A stretch of 64,000 nucleotides of DNA from an uncultured Clostridia bacterium (GCA_949282385.1 CASDOP010000004.1:47744-111743), one strand, 5' to 3'. Numbered from the stretch's first letter, positions 35,678-45,351 are shown. Notes: a model not told the origin generated them from the sequence alone. A program made the numbers and translations.

Positions 35678-35706
35678 TGCGGGGCGCGCAAAAAGCGCGC
35701 CCCGCA
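35678..35706 (-). terminator. rho-independent terminator after the ATP-grasp gene
   Basis: TGCGGGGCGCGC-AAAAA-GCGCGCCCCGCA, with TTTTTTTATTTT following on the minus strand. Confidence 0.75.
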
Positions 35707-35739
35707 CCGCAGAAATTATTATTTAAATATGCACAGTCG

Positions 35740-36927
35740 TTATTTAACCGCGATACAATATGCGTAAAATTCGTCCAGCTCCTGCCTGGTTTTGAAGTTT
35801 GCGACGAACATCATGTCGCCCATCGCGCCAGAAAGCGCCTTTGCAACCCTTTCGCACATTTTAAGGCAGCCGGAATATTTATTTTTGATTTCCTCGTCCG
35901 AATGAACGTAAGGTTTGCCGTCGCGCCTGCCGACGAACGCGCAGAAATATCTTTCGCCCGCGCCCTTGAGCGTGCTGTCGTAAGCAATCATGTCCGCCCA
36001 TATTTTATATACGTCCGTAGAGTTGGCGTAATTCATCATTTCGGGGGAAATGCCGCCCGAAGGGCGCATGTTGACCTCGAGTGCGACAACTTCGCCCTTT
36101 TTGCCAATGTGCTGGTCGCGATTGAGGCGGAAAAATTCAAAATGCACGAAGCGCGACTTGACGCCGAACGCCTTTACCACTCTTCTGCCCGCGTCGCGCA
36201 CGTCGGGGAAAGGATTGTTGAGTATGTAAAAGAGCGAGCTGTCGCCCGTGTTGACGACGTCCATCAGCGACGACGGCGTAACGTTGCCCGTTTCAAAGAG
36301 AGGATTGCCGAAGCTGTCGATTATTGCGTCGTAGGAATTGACTTCGGCGTCGATGTACTCTTCCATTATATAGGATACGGGCAGTTTGCTTGCGAAAAAC
36401 GCTTTAAGCTCCTCGACGTTGCTTATTCTGTGAGTATCGCTCGCGCCCACGCCGTTATCGGGCTTGACGATGACGGGATAGCCGACTTTGGAAATGAACC
36501 TTTTGCAGGTTGAAAGCGAGGTAGCCATGCAGTAGCGTGCGGTTTTTACGCCCGCTTTTTTATAGTAAGGCTTCATTTTCGACTTATATTTTACCTTCGC
36601 TATGTCGACTTCCTTAAAGCCCGTAGTAATGTTGTACTCGGTGCGCAGGCGGGCGTCGCGCTCCAGCCAGTATTCGTTGTTGCTCTCCAGCCAGTCGATT
36701 TTGCCGTAGCGGAAGGTGAAAAACGCAACCGCGCGGAAAACTTCGTCGTAATTTTCGAGGTCGGAAACCTTGTAGTACTCCGTAAGGCTCTCTTTAAGCT
36801 GCGGAAGAAGATTGAAATATTCGCAGTCGCCTATGCCGAGAACGTTGAAGCCGTTATCCTTTAAATGCTTGCAGAAATGCCAGTAATTTTCGGGAAAATT
36901 GGGTGAAATGAATATAAAGTTTTTCAT
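35740..36927 (-). CDS. ATP-grasp domain protein (carboxylate-amine ligase type), substrate unknown
   Basis: 395 aa from the ATG at 36927 (AAAGG 6 nt upstream). GYPVIVKPDNGVGASDT and the ALEVNMRPSGG ATP-grasp blocks. Confidence 0.72.
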   Translation of the reverse strand: MKNFIFISPNFPENYWHFCKHLKDNGFNVLGIGDCEYFNLLPQLKESLTEYYKVSDLENYDEVFRAVAFFTFRYGKIDWLESNNEYWLERDARLRTEYNITTGFKEVDIAKVKYKSKMKPYYKKAGVKTARYCMATSLSTCKRFISKVGYPVIVKPDNGVGASDTHRISNVEELKAFFASKLPVSYIMEEYIDAEVNSYDAIIDSFGNPLFETGNVTPSSLMDVVNTGDSSLFYILNNPFPDVRDAGRRVVKAFGVKSRFVHFEFFRLNRDQHIGKKGEVVALEVNMRPSGGISPEMMNYANSTDVYKIWADMIAYDSTLKGAGERYFCAFVGRRDGKPYVHSDEEIKNKYSGCLKMCERVAKALSGAMGDMMFVANFKTRQELDEFYAYCIAVK

Positions 36928-37069
36928 ATGCAACCTTTGCGCCCGCAGGCGCGAAAAAAATTTAATGCTATTCTATACTAATATCTTGCCGATGCCGCTT
37001 GGTCGGCAGTTTTTTAAGCGGAACATTTCACTCCGCGCTCATTCGCCGGCGTTTTTTTGAGCGCAGCGT

Positions 37070-37996
37070 TCATTGTGCGCTCGCATGCCCGTCGATGAAA
37101 GACAATATGTCCTCCATTACCGCGGGAGCGCAGACATCGTTTAAAATTTCGTGCCTCGCGCCGCTGTAAATGGTCATTTCCACGTCCGAAACGCCGCACG
37201 AGGATAGTTTTTTATACAGCTTGATTACACCCGCGGAATACGCGCCGACGGGGTCGTCCCCGCCCGCAACGAGAAACACGGGCAGATTTTTTGGTACGCT
37301 TTTTATGGTTTTTGCGCTGCACGCCCTGCCCAGAACGGAAAAGAGAGTGTAAAACCCGCCGCAAGTAAAGGTTACGCCGCACAGTTCGTCTGCGATATAC
37401 TTATCCACATTGGTCTCGTCCGCGCTCAGCCAGTCGAAGGGCGTGCGTTTTTGACACTTTTTATTGTAAGAGCCGAATGCAAGTTTATCGATAAAGCGCG
37501 AGCGGTGCTTCCAGCCCCTGAAAAGCGCGACCGTGCGCGCAAGGAACTTTGCAAAGCCTGTAACGGCGGCGGGCTGAAAACCCGTACCCATTATTATCGC
37601 GCCGTCGTAGTCTTTCCCCCTCTGCGCAATCAGACAGCGGCAGAAAAACGAACCCATAGAGTGCCCCAACACGAAAAAGGGCGCGCCCGCTGTCTGTTCT
37701 TTTACTATTGAAGTAAGGCGGGATATATCCGAAAGAACGACGTCCGTGCCGTCGCCTTCGACAAAGTAACCGAGGTCCTCCCCGCTCTTTGCCGACTTGC
37801 CGTGTCCCAAGTGGTCTTCGGCGCAGACAAAAATGCCGCGCTCGCACAAAAAACGGGCAAAGCCGTCGTAACGCATGGCGTATTCCGCCATGCCGTGAAT
37901 GATCTGCAAAACGCCGCGAATTGCGCATTCGGGACGCCATATTACGGCATGAATTGTATTTTTTCCGTCCGCCGAGGGATAATAAATTTCTTCCAT
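37070..37996 (-). CDS. alpha/beta hydrolase (lysophospholipase / monoacylglycerol lipase-like)
   Basis: Start at the ATG at 37996 (MEEIYYPSADGK; GGAG 7 nt upstream). HGMAEY, GHSMGS nucleophile elbow, C-terminal HEILN. Confidence 0.78.
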   Translation of the reverse strand: MEEIYYPSADGKNTIHAVIWRPECAIRGVLQIIHGMAEYAMRYDGFARFLCERGIFVCAEDHLGHGKSAKSGEDLGYFVEGDGTDVVLSDISRLTSIVKEQTAGAPFFVLGHSMGSFFCRCLIAQRGKDYDGAIIMGTGFQPAAVTGFAKFLARTVALFRGWKHRSRFIDKLAFGSYNKKCQKRTPFDWLSADETNVDKYIADELCGVTFTCGGFYTLFSVLGRACSAKTIKSVPKNLPVFLVAGGDDPVGAYSAGVIKLYKKLSSCGVSDVEMTIYSGARHEILNDVCAPAVMEDILSFIDGHASAQ

Positions 37997-38089
37997 GTTA
38001 AGCTCCGTATCCGACCTCAAAAAACTTTCCGTTATCTTATTGCGGCAATGCCGCCCCAAAACTGCGTTATGGAGCAATTATTTTCCCCA

Positions 38090-39103
38090 TCAAAGTCGGG
38101 CAAAAAGTTTCAAATTTTCAGCGCAGGGCACAGCCCTGCCTTCTTCTATCATAGCGACAATTTCAAGCGCCTTATCCGTGTAAGGCACTTTAGAGCCCGC
38201 CTTTTCGGCAAAGCGGCTGACTACGCCCGCAACGAAGGGAGCGTCGCACTTTCTGCCGGCAATCAGGTCGTAATACATGCCCGAAACGAGAGCAGAGTGC
38301 TTTTTCATGGCAATCGGTATTATTAAAAAGGACAGCGCCTTTTTGAACGGGTTGGAATAATTGAGCCAGCGCACGAGGTCGTGTCCCTGAATGGGCGCGG
38401 GCGCAACGCCGTTTGCCGAGGCGACGTCCATGCCCTCTTTGAGCATAGTCTGTGCGATTGCGCGCGTTTTGAAGCCCTTTGCAATATGCCCGAAAGTCAG
38501 CGAAGTTATTGCCGAAAGGGTGGAAAAAGCCGAGTTTACAATGAGCTTCGACCAGCGCGCGCCGAGGAAGTTTTCCTCCTCTTCAACTTTGCCAATACAG
38601 CCCAAAAGAGCCGCGACGTCCCCCTGCTTTTCATTGTGCGCAAAGGGCGAACCGAGCGAAAAAGTTAGCGCGTCGGGCGAGGAAGTGAGCATGACTTTGC
38701 CGGGCGATATGTAGCTTGCTCCCCACGAAACGGCACAGCCTAGGCAGCGGTTTTCGCCGACCGCCTGCGCAACCGAATATTCGGGAAGTCCGTTCTGCGT
38801 GGTGCATATAACGCCGTCTTCGGCAAGAAATTGTTGCAAAAAAGCAACTATCTGCGCGTTGTCGCGCTGTTTGGTCATCAAAAAAATTATTTCGTATTTT
38901 CCCTGCATCTGCTCGGGCAGAATGGCTTTAACCTTTGCGTTGAAGCCGCCTCCGCGGGCAAAAGTTATGTCCGCGCCGCACGCGTTGAGCGCGCTTACAT
39001 GTTCGCGGTTGCGCGTAACGAGGTCGATTTGTCTGCCCGCCCTGCTTATGTACGCGCCGAGCACCGTACCCATAGCGCCCGCGCCGTATATGCACGCGCG
39101 CAC
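38090..39103 (-). CDS. ketopantoate reductase (PanE/ApbA) family oxidoreductase
   Basis: 337 aa. IYGAGAMGTVLGAYISRAG Rossmann N-terminus, QNGL block. GTG start 1 nt after the upstream stop. Confidence 0.72.
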   Translation of the reverse strand: MRACIYGAGAMGTVLGAYISRAGRQIDLVTRNREHVSALNACGADITFARGGGFNAKVKAILPEQMQGKYEIIFLMTKQRDNAQIVAFLQQFLAEDGVICTTQNGLPEYSVAQAVGENRCLGCAVSWGASYISPGKVMLTSSPDALTFSLGSPFAHNEKQGDVAALLGCIGKVEEEENFLGARWSKLIVNSAFSTLSAITSLTFGHIAKGFKTRAIAQTMLKEGMDVASANGVAPAPIQGHDLVRWLNYSNPFKKALSFLIIPIAMKKHSALVSGMYYDLIAGRKCDAPFVAGVVSRFAEKAGSKVPYTDKALEIVAMIEEGRAVPCAENLKLFARL

Positions 39104-39104
39104 G

Positions 39105-40256
39105 TCAGTCCTGCTCCTTTATATACGAGAATGCAAGCTTTGCCATCTCCCTGTATGCCTCATCCGAGGGATGAAGATGGTCGCCGCTGTCGAAACTTTT
39201 AGCAAAAGCGCATACGTTATCGCCGTCGCAGAGCAGCCTGTCGAAGTCGATACAGCCCGATATATCGTCGAGCGAGCGCACCCAATCGTTGAAAGCGTTT
39301 CTCAGTTCGTCGCGGAAGGGCGCATAAGTGCGCCAGCCGAAAATGGGCAGAAGCGTGCCGACGAACACGTTGAGATTGCACGCCTTTGCGCTCTCTATAT
39401 ACTTTTTCACGCCCTCTTCGAGTTGCTCCGCCGTGGGAAGGTCGTTCATGGGACGGAAGGGATTTACATCTGTTCCGACGGGGTGAATTATATCGTTTAT
39501 ACCCTGCTGAATGATGACGGTATCCGCCCCGCTCACCGAAGATATTTCGCGGTCGAAGCGGTGTTCGCCGCTAAGCCCGTAACTTTCGTAAGTAATGCAG
39601 GTGTATTCCCTGAGAACGCGCGTGCCGCTCGCCGCCTTTCTGACTATGGCGGTGTTGTTGTAAGGGTCGTTCATGCACTCTATGGCAAGGTAATCCGCCC
39701 AGCTCTGCGCCGTTATGCTGTCGCCGTATAAAATAACTGCGCGGTTTTCGTCGGCGGTGTACAAATCAAGTCCGCTGAGGAAATAGAACACGTCCGTATG
39801 CCTCGTCTTGTCGAGGGGCAGAACGCTTGAAAAAGTGCAGTCGCCCACCGAGAAAAAGCCCTTGGAAAGCGGACCTATCGCCGTTACGCCCGTGCGCATG
39901 AGGGTGAAATCGGCAAGGTATATGCTGACAGCCAGCACGCCCTTCGGCTTTATCATAAAGTTGATTTCGTCCGAATAAATTTCTCCGCCCGCGGGAATGG
40001 TAACGCTCTCTTCGCCGCCGAATGTAACGAGACGGGCGTTGTGCAGACTTATTTCCCTGTCGCCCATCGCACGAGCGAGGGTAACTTTGGTGAGCGTAAC
40101 GGGCTCCGTGCCGCAGAAATTGGAAAACTGCAGCCTTACCTTTTCGCCGCCGAACGCGCACGTTACTGGATAGCGAAGAGTTATGTCCTTTGCATAAGTT
40201 TCGGGTTTATGTTCAGTTATGGAAGGTGCGTTACCCCATGCGGTTACCCACTTCAT
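39105..40256 (-). CDS. SGNH/GDSL-family hydrolase with N-terminal beta-sandwich domain
   Basis: 383 aa. ILYGDSITAQSW (block I), GINDI (block III), DHLHPS (block V). Confidence 0.78.
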   Translation of the reverse strand: MKWVTAWGNAPSITEHKPETYAKDITLRYPVTCAFGGEKVRLQFSNFCGTEPVTLTKVTLARAMGDREISLHNARLVTFGGEESVTIPAGGEIYSDEINFMIKPKGVLAVSIYLADFTLMRTGVTAIGPLSKGFFSVGDCTFSSVLPLDKTRHTDVFYFLSGLDLYTADENRAVILYGDSITAQSWADYLAIECMNDPYNNTAIVRKAASGTRVLREYTCITYESYGLSGEHRFDREISSVSGADTVIIQQGINDIIHPVGTDVNPFRPMNDLPTAEQLEEGVKKYIESAKACNLNVFVGTLLPIFGWRTYAPFRDELRNAFNDWVRSLDDISGCIDFDRLLCDGDNVCAFAKSFDSGDHLHPSDEAYREMAKLAFSYIKEQD

Positions 40257-40289
40257 ATTGCTCCTTGAAAGGCATTAAAGCCTGAATTT

Positions 40290-42596
40290 TTATTTTTTGA
40301 AAATTATTTTTTTTACGCCCCTGAAAAACTTGCCGTTGCAGGCTTCGAGAAAGCCTTCCACCTGCACTTCGTTGTAGTGCATGAAAAGCATTATGAACCT
40401 TATGGGCAGGTGCGTCATCGAATTGGAAAGAATTTCGTCTTTGGAACGCGAGTACAGCGAAGCTATAAAGCTGAACAGTCGCGCGACGAAGCCCTTGCAG
40501 TAGCGCAGGTCGTAAATTTCCGTCATCACCGTGGCGGTGAGGTCGCCCTTTTTGTGCTTTACTTTGGGCTGAACGGGGGAAATACGGCTGTCGAAATACT
40601 CCTTATAGCTCTGCGGACTGTCGCAGGCGGCAGGAGAAGCCCCCCTTTGAATATTGCCGCAGAACAGCATATTCAGGCTGTCGAAGCCGACTTGCACTTT
40701 ATAAATTCCGCCCTCGCTCCAGCGCGAATTCTCCCCGTCCCATACGCGGAAAGAATATTCGTCGAAGGGAATGAAAATTTCCCTTTGCTCCCCCGAGCGC
40801 AAAAAGATTTTTTTAAAGCCTTTAAGCTCCGCGGGCGAATGCTCAAGTTCGGGTCGGGGCGCGGTTATATACATCTGCACGGCGGTCGCGCCGTCGCGCC
40901 CGCCGACGTTTTTGACTTTAACTTTCACGCCTTCGTCGGTAAGGACAAAATCCGAACAGTCGAACTGAGTATAGGAAAGACCGTAGCCGAAGGGATATTT
41001 TACGCTCTTGCCGAGCGCGCCGTAGTACTTATAACCGACGTATATGCCCTCCGCATAGTCCATTTTGTAGGCATATTTATTATAAATTTCCGCGCACGGC
41101 ACTTCCGAAAGCGCACGGGGAAAACTTTCCGTAAGTCTGCCCGAGGGATTGACTTCGCCCGTCAGTACTTTTACTGCAGCAGTGCCGCAACTCTGCCCCG
41201 AAAGGAAACAGTGAATAAGCGCCGAACAGTTTTTATCCCACGAGGTCTCGACAACTCCTCCGCAGAAGAGCAGAACGATTATCTTTTTGCCGAGCGCTGA
41301 AAGGCGGGCGAGAAGTTCGGTCTGGTTGGCAGGCAAATCTATATTGCTCCTGTCGCAACTTTCAAGCTCTATGCCCTCGCCCAGTCCCAGACAGAGAATT
41401 ACGGTATCCGCCTCCGAAGCAAGTTTTACGGCGCGGTCGGAAAGGCGCACACTCCTTCCTCCGTCCCGTTTGAAGCCCCTTTCGAAGCCTATATAATTGA
41501 GGTCGGAAGATTTTACCGCGTCGAGCACGCCCGTAACCTTTGTGGGATTGACGAGCGACGAACCCGCGCCCTGATAGCGCGCATTCGAAGCGAAATCGCC
41601 GATTACCGCAATCTTTTCGCTTTTTCCGAGGGGAAGCGCCGAGTTTTCGTTCTTCAAAAGTACTATTGAATTTTCCGCGCACTTTGCCGCAAAGTCGGAA
41701 TGCGCCTGCCAGTCGACAGGCTCCCGCCTTACCCTCTGCGCCGCGGCGGAAAACGCCTGCTGTCGCTCAATGCTCTTATCGACTATCCTCTCGTCCAGCT
41801 CGCCGCTCTTTACTGCCTTTTCCACCTCCGTAGCGGAAAAATCGCAGCGCGGCATTTCGAGGTCGACGCCGCTCCTGACCGAAGCAACTTTATCGAACGT
41901 GCCGCCCCAATCGGAAATTACAAGTCCGTCAAAGCCCCATTCGCCTCGCAATATGCCGCCGATAAGCCGCTCGTTGCCGTTGCAGTATACGCCGTTTATC
42001 TTGTTGTAAGCCGTCATGACGGCGGCGGGTTTGCCCTCTTTTACGGCAATTTCAAAGGAAGAAAGATAACTTTCGCGCAAAGTCTGCTCGTCCACTATGC
42101 AATCGTACACCATTCTGCCGCGCTCGCGCGAGTTGACGGCAAAATGCTTTATGCACGCCGCCGTGCCGTTTTTCTGAATTCCCCGCACATATGCCGCGGC
42201 AAATTTGCCCGAAAGATAGGGATCTTCGGAAAAATATTCGAAATTCCTGCCGCAGAGCGGACTGCGTTTTAGGTTAAGCCCCGGACCGAGTACCATGGAA
42301 ACGCCCATTGCCGCAGCCTCTCTGCCGAGATATTCGCCCAGCTCTTCGCCAAGCTCCGTGTCCCAGCTGCACGCCATAGCCGCAGCCGTGGGAAAACAAG
42401 TCGACGGGTGGGAAGTTCCCATGCCGAGATGGTTTGGCATCTTGTCCTGAACGCGCAGACCGTGCGGTCCGTCCGATACCGTAACCGCCTCCATGCCTAT
42501 ATCCGCGCACTCCGCGGTGCGCCAGAACGCCGAACCCGTGAGCAACTTAGATTTGACCGAAATATCGAGTTTTCTTATACCTTTTTTAACGTCCAT
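40290..42596 (-). CDS. glycoside hydrolase family 3 beta-glucosidase-like enzyme
   Basis: SDGPHGLR, KHFAVNS and GFDGLVISDWGG (nucleophile Asp block), plus a C-terminal FnIII-like domain. ATG at 42596 is preferred. The track ORF begins at a TTG at 42626, immediately next to the -10 box. Confidence 0.88.
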   Translation of the reverse strand: MDVKKGIRKLDISVKSKLLTGSAFWRTAECADIGMEAVTVSDGPHGLRVQDKMPNHLGMGTSHPSTCFPTAAAMACSWDTELGEELGEYLGREAAAMGVSMVLGPGLNLKRSPLCGRNFEYFSEDPYLSGKFAAAYVRGIQKNGTAACIKHFAVNSRERGRMVYDCIVDEQTLRESYLSSFEIAVKEGKPAAVMTAYNKINGVYCNGNERLIGGILRGEWGFDGLVISDWGGTFDKVASVRSGVDLEMPRCDFSATEVEKAVKSGELDERIVDKSIERQQAFSAAAQRVRREPVDWQAHSDFAAKCAENSIVLLKNENSALPLGKSEKIAVIGDFASNARYQGAGSSLVNPTKVTGVLDAVKSSDLNYIGFERGFKRDGGRSVRLSDRAVKLASEADTVILCLGLGEGIELESCDRSNIDLPANQTELLARLSALGKKIIVLLFCGGVVETSWDKNCSALIHCFLSGQSCGTAAVKVLTGEVNPSGRLTESFPRALSEVPCAEIYNKYAYKMDYAEGIYVGYKYYGALGKSVKYPFGYGLSYTQFDCSDFVLTDEGVKVKVKNVGGRDGATAVQMYITAPRPELEHSPAELKGFKKIFLRSGEQREIFIPFDEYSFRVWDGENSRWSEGGIYKVQVGFDSLNMLFCGNIQRGASPAACDSPQSYKEYFDSRISPVQPKVKHKKGDLTATVMTEIYDLRYCKGFVARLFSFIASLYSRSKDEILSNSMTHLPIRFIMLFMHYNEVQVEGFLEACNGKFFRGVKKIIFKK

Positions 42597-42631
42597 CTCA
42601 ACATTTTCCGCCTTAAGTATATACAAAAAAT

Positions 42632-42660
42632 ATTATAACACTTCCGAAAAATATTTGCAA
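42632..42660 (-). promoter_or_regulatory. sigma-A promoter of the GH3 operon (TTGCAA-N17-TATAAT)
   Basis: Minus strand: TTGCAA (42660-42655), 17-nt spacer, TATAAT (42637-42632). Confidence 0.55.
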
Positions 42661-42777
42661 CAAACGTTAACAAAAAACACCCGCGTTGCGCGTTCTTTTT
42701 AATCGATATTTGTCGCGCCGAGCGCAGCTGAGCGTTTGCGACTTGTCTGCGCAATGCGAGTTCGGCAACATACCCGC

Positions 42778-43015
42778 GGTCGGGCGTTCCGCGACTTGCA
42801 CGCGACGAGCGTTCAACGCCGTACCGCGCAACAGGCATTTAGCGACAAATATGCGAGCGCGCGTTCCGCAATGTACACGCAAGGGCGTTTAACACAAACC
42901 AAGGTCGGGCGCTCCGCGACTTGCACGCGACTGACGCTCAACGCCGTACCGCGCAACAGGCATTTAGCGACAAATCTGCGAGCGGGCGTTCCGCAATGTA
43001 CCTGCGGACGGGCGT
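42778..43015. repeat. tandem direct repeat, 125-bp period, two near-complete copies plus degenerate flanking fragments (about 42700-43060)
   Basis: Copy 1 starts at GGTCGGGCG at 42778 and copy 2 at 42903. About 90 percent identity by eye over about 110 bp. Partial relatives at 42733-42777 and 43041-43056. Confidence 0.85.
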
Positions 43016-43143
43016 CATTATACACAATACGCTGTTTACGACATACCCGCGCGGGCAAATCACACTTTTAAAGCAACAAAGTTGCGCAATGCGCCTAAAG
43101 GGTGCAATTTTATGATAACGAGCTAAAATTTTGTCTTCCCTAC

Positions 43144-43172
43144 TTGACTTTTTATTTGGGGCGTGTTATATT
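43144..43172 (+). promoter_or_regulatory. sigma-A promoter of rubrerythrin (TTGACT-N17-TATATT)
   Basis: TTGACT 43144-43149, 17-nt spacer, TATATT 43167-43172. Confidence 0.55.
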
Positions 43173-43183
43173 ATATATGAATA

Positions 43184-43204
43184 AAATAAGATTAAGTCTT
43201 ATTT
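43184..43204. promoter_or_regulatory. inverted repeat AAATAAGA-TTAAG-TCTTATTT between the -10 and the RBS of rbr (candidate repressor operator)
   Basis: Perfect 8-bp arms with a 5-bp spacer, starting 12 nt after the -10 box. Confidence 0.45.
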
Positions 43205-43223
43205 ATAAGAGGAGAAAATTTTT

Positions 43224-43772
43224 ATGGATATCAAAAAGAACCCCTATGCCGGAACTAAGACGGAAAAAAATCTGTTAGAGGCATTTGCAGGCGAAAGCCA
43301 GGCGAGAAACAAGTACACCTACTTTGCTTCGGTTGCAAAGAAAGCGGGCTATGAGCAGATAGCGGAAATTTTTCTTAAGACCGCAGACAACGAAAAGGAA
43401 CACGCAAAGCTGTGGTTCAAGCACCTCGGCGGAATAGGCACGGTTGCAGAAAACCTTATGGCTGCGGCTGAAGGCGAAAACTTTGAATGGACGGACATGT
43501 ACGACAGAATGGCAAAAGAAGCCGAAGAAGAGGGCTTTACCGCGCTTGCCGCACAGTTCAGGGGAGTTGCCGCCATAGAAAAGACGCACGAAGAGAGATA
43601 CCGCGCGCTTTTGAAGAACGTTGAAACCAAGACGGTATTTGAAAAAGCGGGCGTTCAGGTATGGGAATGCAGAAACTGCGGACACATCATCGTCGGTACG
43701 ACCGCACCCGAAGTATGCCCCGTTTGCCAGCACCCTCAGGCTTACTTTGAGCTGAGAAAAGAAAACTATTGA
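43224..43772 (+). CDS. rbr: rubrerythrin
   Basis: 182 aa. [23 protein letters not shown], the EHAKLW diiron four-helix motifs, and a C-terminal rubredoxin-like CRNCGH...CPVCQHP. Confidence 0.93.
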   Translation: MDIKKNPYAGTKTEKNLLEAFAGESQARNKYTYFASVAKKAGYEQIAEIFLKTADNEKEHAKLWFKHLGGIGTVAENLMAAAEGENFEWTDMYDRMAKEAEEEGFTALAAQFRGVAAIEKTHEERYRALLKNVETKTVFEKAGVQVWECRNCGHIIVGTTAPEVCPVCQHPQAYFELRKENY

Positions 43773-43802
43773 TTTGCATTAAGTCATAAACGCTGAAAAT
43801 AA

Positions 43803-43836
43803 ATATGCGGCGCACGGGTTACCGTGCGCCGCATAT
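43803..43836 (+). terminator. rho-independent terminator of rbr
   Basis: ATATGCGGCGCACGG-GTTA-CCGTGCGCCGCATAT followed by TTTT. Confidence 0.8.
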
Positions 43837-43997
43837 TTTTGCTATTAATAATGTTTCAGAGTGCAGAAATGATTTTCTCTGCCGAAAGAGCTTCAAATTG
43901 CGCTCTATACAGACATATTGACATTCAAGAGCTTTTAACTGACAAAAAACAGGTGCGGGAGCAATTAAAATTTAATATTTTAAGCGACATAAAAAAA

Positions 43998-44024
43998 GCG
44001 CGCGGCGGCGAAGCCGCTGCGCGC
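43998..44024 (-). terminator. rho-independent terminator of glyA
   Basis: Minus strand GCGCGCAGCGGC-TTC-GCCGCCGCGCGC (one mismatch) followed by TTTTTTTAT. Confidence 0.65.
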
Positions 44025-44038
44025 ATTAATAATTGAAA

Positions 44039-45289
44039 TTATTTTACGTCGTCGGCATACAGAGGGAACTGTGCGCAGAGTTTTGCAACTTCTGCCGTAA
44101 CATAGTCGTAAGCCGCCTGTTTTTCGGTGATTATCTTGGTGATGAGCTGTGCAATCTTGCGCGCCTCTTCTTCCTTCATGCCCCTCGTGGTCATTGCGGG
44201 CGTGCCGATGCGGATACCCGACGTTACGAAAGGTTTCTGCGTGTCGAAGGGGATTGCGTTCTTGTTGACAGTGATGTGAACTTCGTCGAGCATTTTTTCC
44301 AGCTCCTTGCCCGTCATGCCCTTATCGGTGAGGTCGAGCAGAATGAGGTGGTTGTCCGTGCCGCCCGAAACCATCTTTACGCCGAGTTTGGTGAATTCAT
44401 CCGCCATAGCCTTTGCATTTGCGACTATCTGCTTCTGATATTCGGTGAACGAGGGATCGAGAGCTTCCTTGAAAGCTACTGCCTTTGCCGCGATGATGTG
44501 CATTAAAGGACCGCCCTGAACGCCGGGGAAAATAGCTTTATCTATAATCTTGCCGTACTCTTCCTTGCACATGATTACGCCGCCGCGAGGACCGCGAAGG
44601 GTTTTGTGCGTGGTAGTGGTAACGAAATCTGCATAGGGTACGGGCGAGGGATGAACGCCTGCCGCAACCAGACCTGCGATGTGCGCGATGTCAACCATCA
44701 TGTATGCGCCCACCTTGTCGCAGATTTCCCTTATTCTCTTGAAATCGATAACTCTGGGGTATGCGCTCGCGCCCGCAACTATCATTTTGGGGCTGCATTC
44801 CACAGCTATTCTTTCCATTTCGTCATAGTCGATAGTCTGCGTTTCCTTGCTTACGCCGTATGGAACGATGTTGAAATACTTACCCGAAATGTTGACGGGC
44901 GAACCGTGGGAAAGATGTCCGCCGTGAGCGAGGTTCATGCCCATTACCGTATCGCCGGGCTGAAGAACGGCAAAGAATACGGCGAGATTTGCGCTCGCAC
45001 CCGAATGGGGCTGAACGTTGCAGTATTCGCAGCCGAACAGCTTTTTGAGACGGTCGCGCGCGAGGTCTTCGGCGATGTCGACATACTGACAACCGCCGTA
45101 GTATCTGTGTCCGGGATAACCTTCGGCATACTTGTTGGTGAGGTGGCTGCCCGCCGCGGCGAGTACTGCGGGCGAAACAAAGTTTTCGCTCGCGATGAGT
45201 TCGATATTGCCCTGCTGTCTGCCGAGTTCGAGCCTTAAAGCCTTGGCAACTTCGGGGTCAGTTTTTTCAATAAGCGAAATGTCTATCAT
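44039..45289 (-). CDS. glyA: serine hydroxymethyltransferase
   Basis: 416 aa. [13 protein letters not shown] and [14 protein letters not shown] (PLP-Lys block). Confidence 0.95.
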   Translation of the reverse strand: MIDISLIEKTDPEVAKALRLELGRQQGNIELIASENFVSPAVLAAAGSHLTNKYAEGYPGHRYYGGCQYVDIAEDLARDRLKKLFGCEYCNVQPHSGASANLAVFFAVLQPGDTVMGMNLAHGGHLSHGSPVNISGKYFNIVPYGVSKETQTIDYDEMERIAVECSPKMIVAGASAYPRVIDFKRIREICDKVGAYMMVDIAHIAGLVAAGVHPSPVPYADFVTTTTHKTLRGPRGGVIMCKEEYGKIIDKAIFPGVQGGPLMHIIAAKAVAFKEALDPSFTEYQKQIVANAKAMADEFTKLGVKMVSGGTDNHLILLDLTDKGMTGKELEKMLDEVHITVNKNAIPFDTQKPFVTSGIRIGTPAMTTRGMKEEEARKIAQLITKIITEKQAAYDYVTAEVAKLCAQFPLYADDVK

Positions 45290-45322
45290 AAAAAACTCCG
45301 AAAAATTTATATTTATGCAGAT

Positions 45323-45351
45323 ATTATACCATATATTTTGTCAATATACAA
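45323..45351 (-). promoter_or_regulatory. candidate glyA promoter TTGTAT-N17-(TGg)TATAAT
   Basis: Minus strand: TTGTAT (45351-45346), 17-nt spacer ending in TGG, TATAAT (45328-45323). Leaves a leader of about 30 nt. Confidence 0.45.

Noticed and set aside
35606-35680. Sigma-E type sporulation promoter upstream of spoIVA.
   Set aside because: I could find only loose matches (GCATAAA ... TTATACGTA), with spacing that does not fit the ATA-N16-18-CATACA-T consensus. This is not supportable by eye.
42575-43115. Cluster of 64-111-aa ORFs on both strands across the 125-bp repeats.
   Set aside because: They simply follow the tandem repeat (the same peptide repeats twice), have no RBS, and overlap each other. 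This is non-coding repeat DNA.
43824-44036. 70-aa plus-strand ORF between rbr and glyA.
   Set aside because: It starts inside the rbr terminator stem, has no RBS, and occupies the convergent terminator zone. It is most likely spurious.
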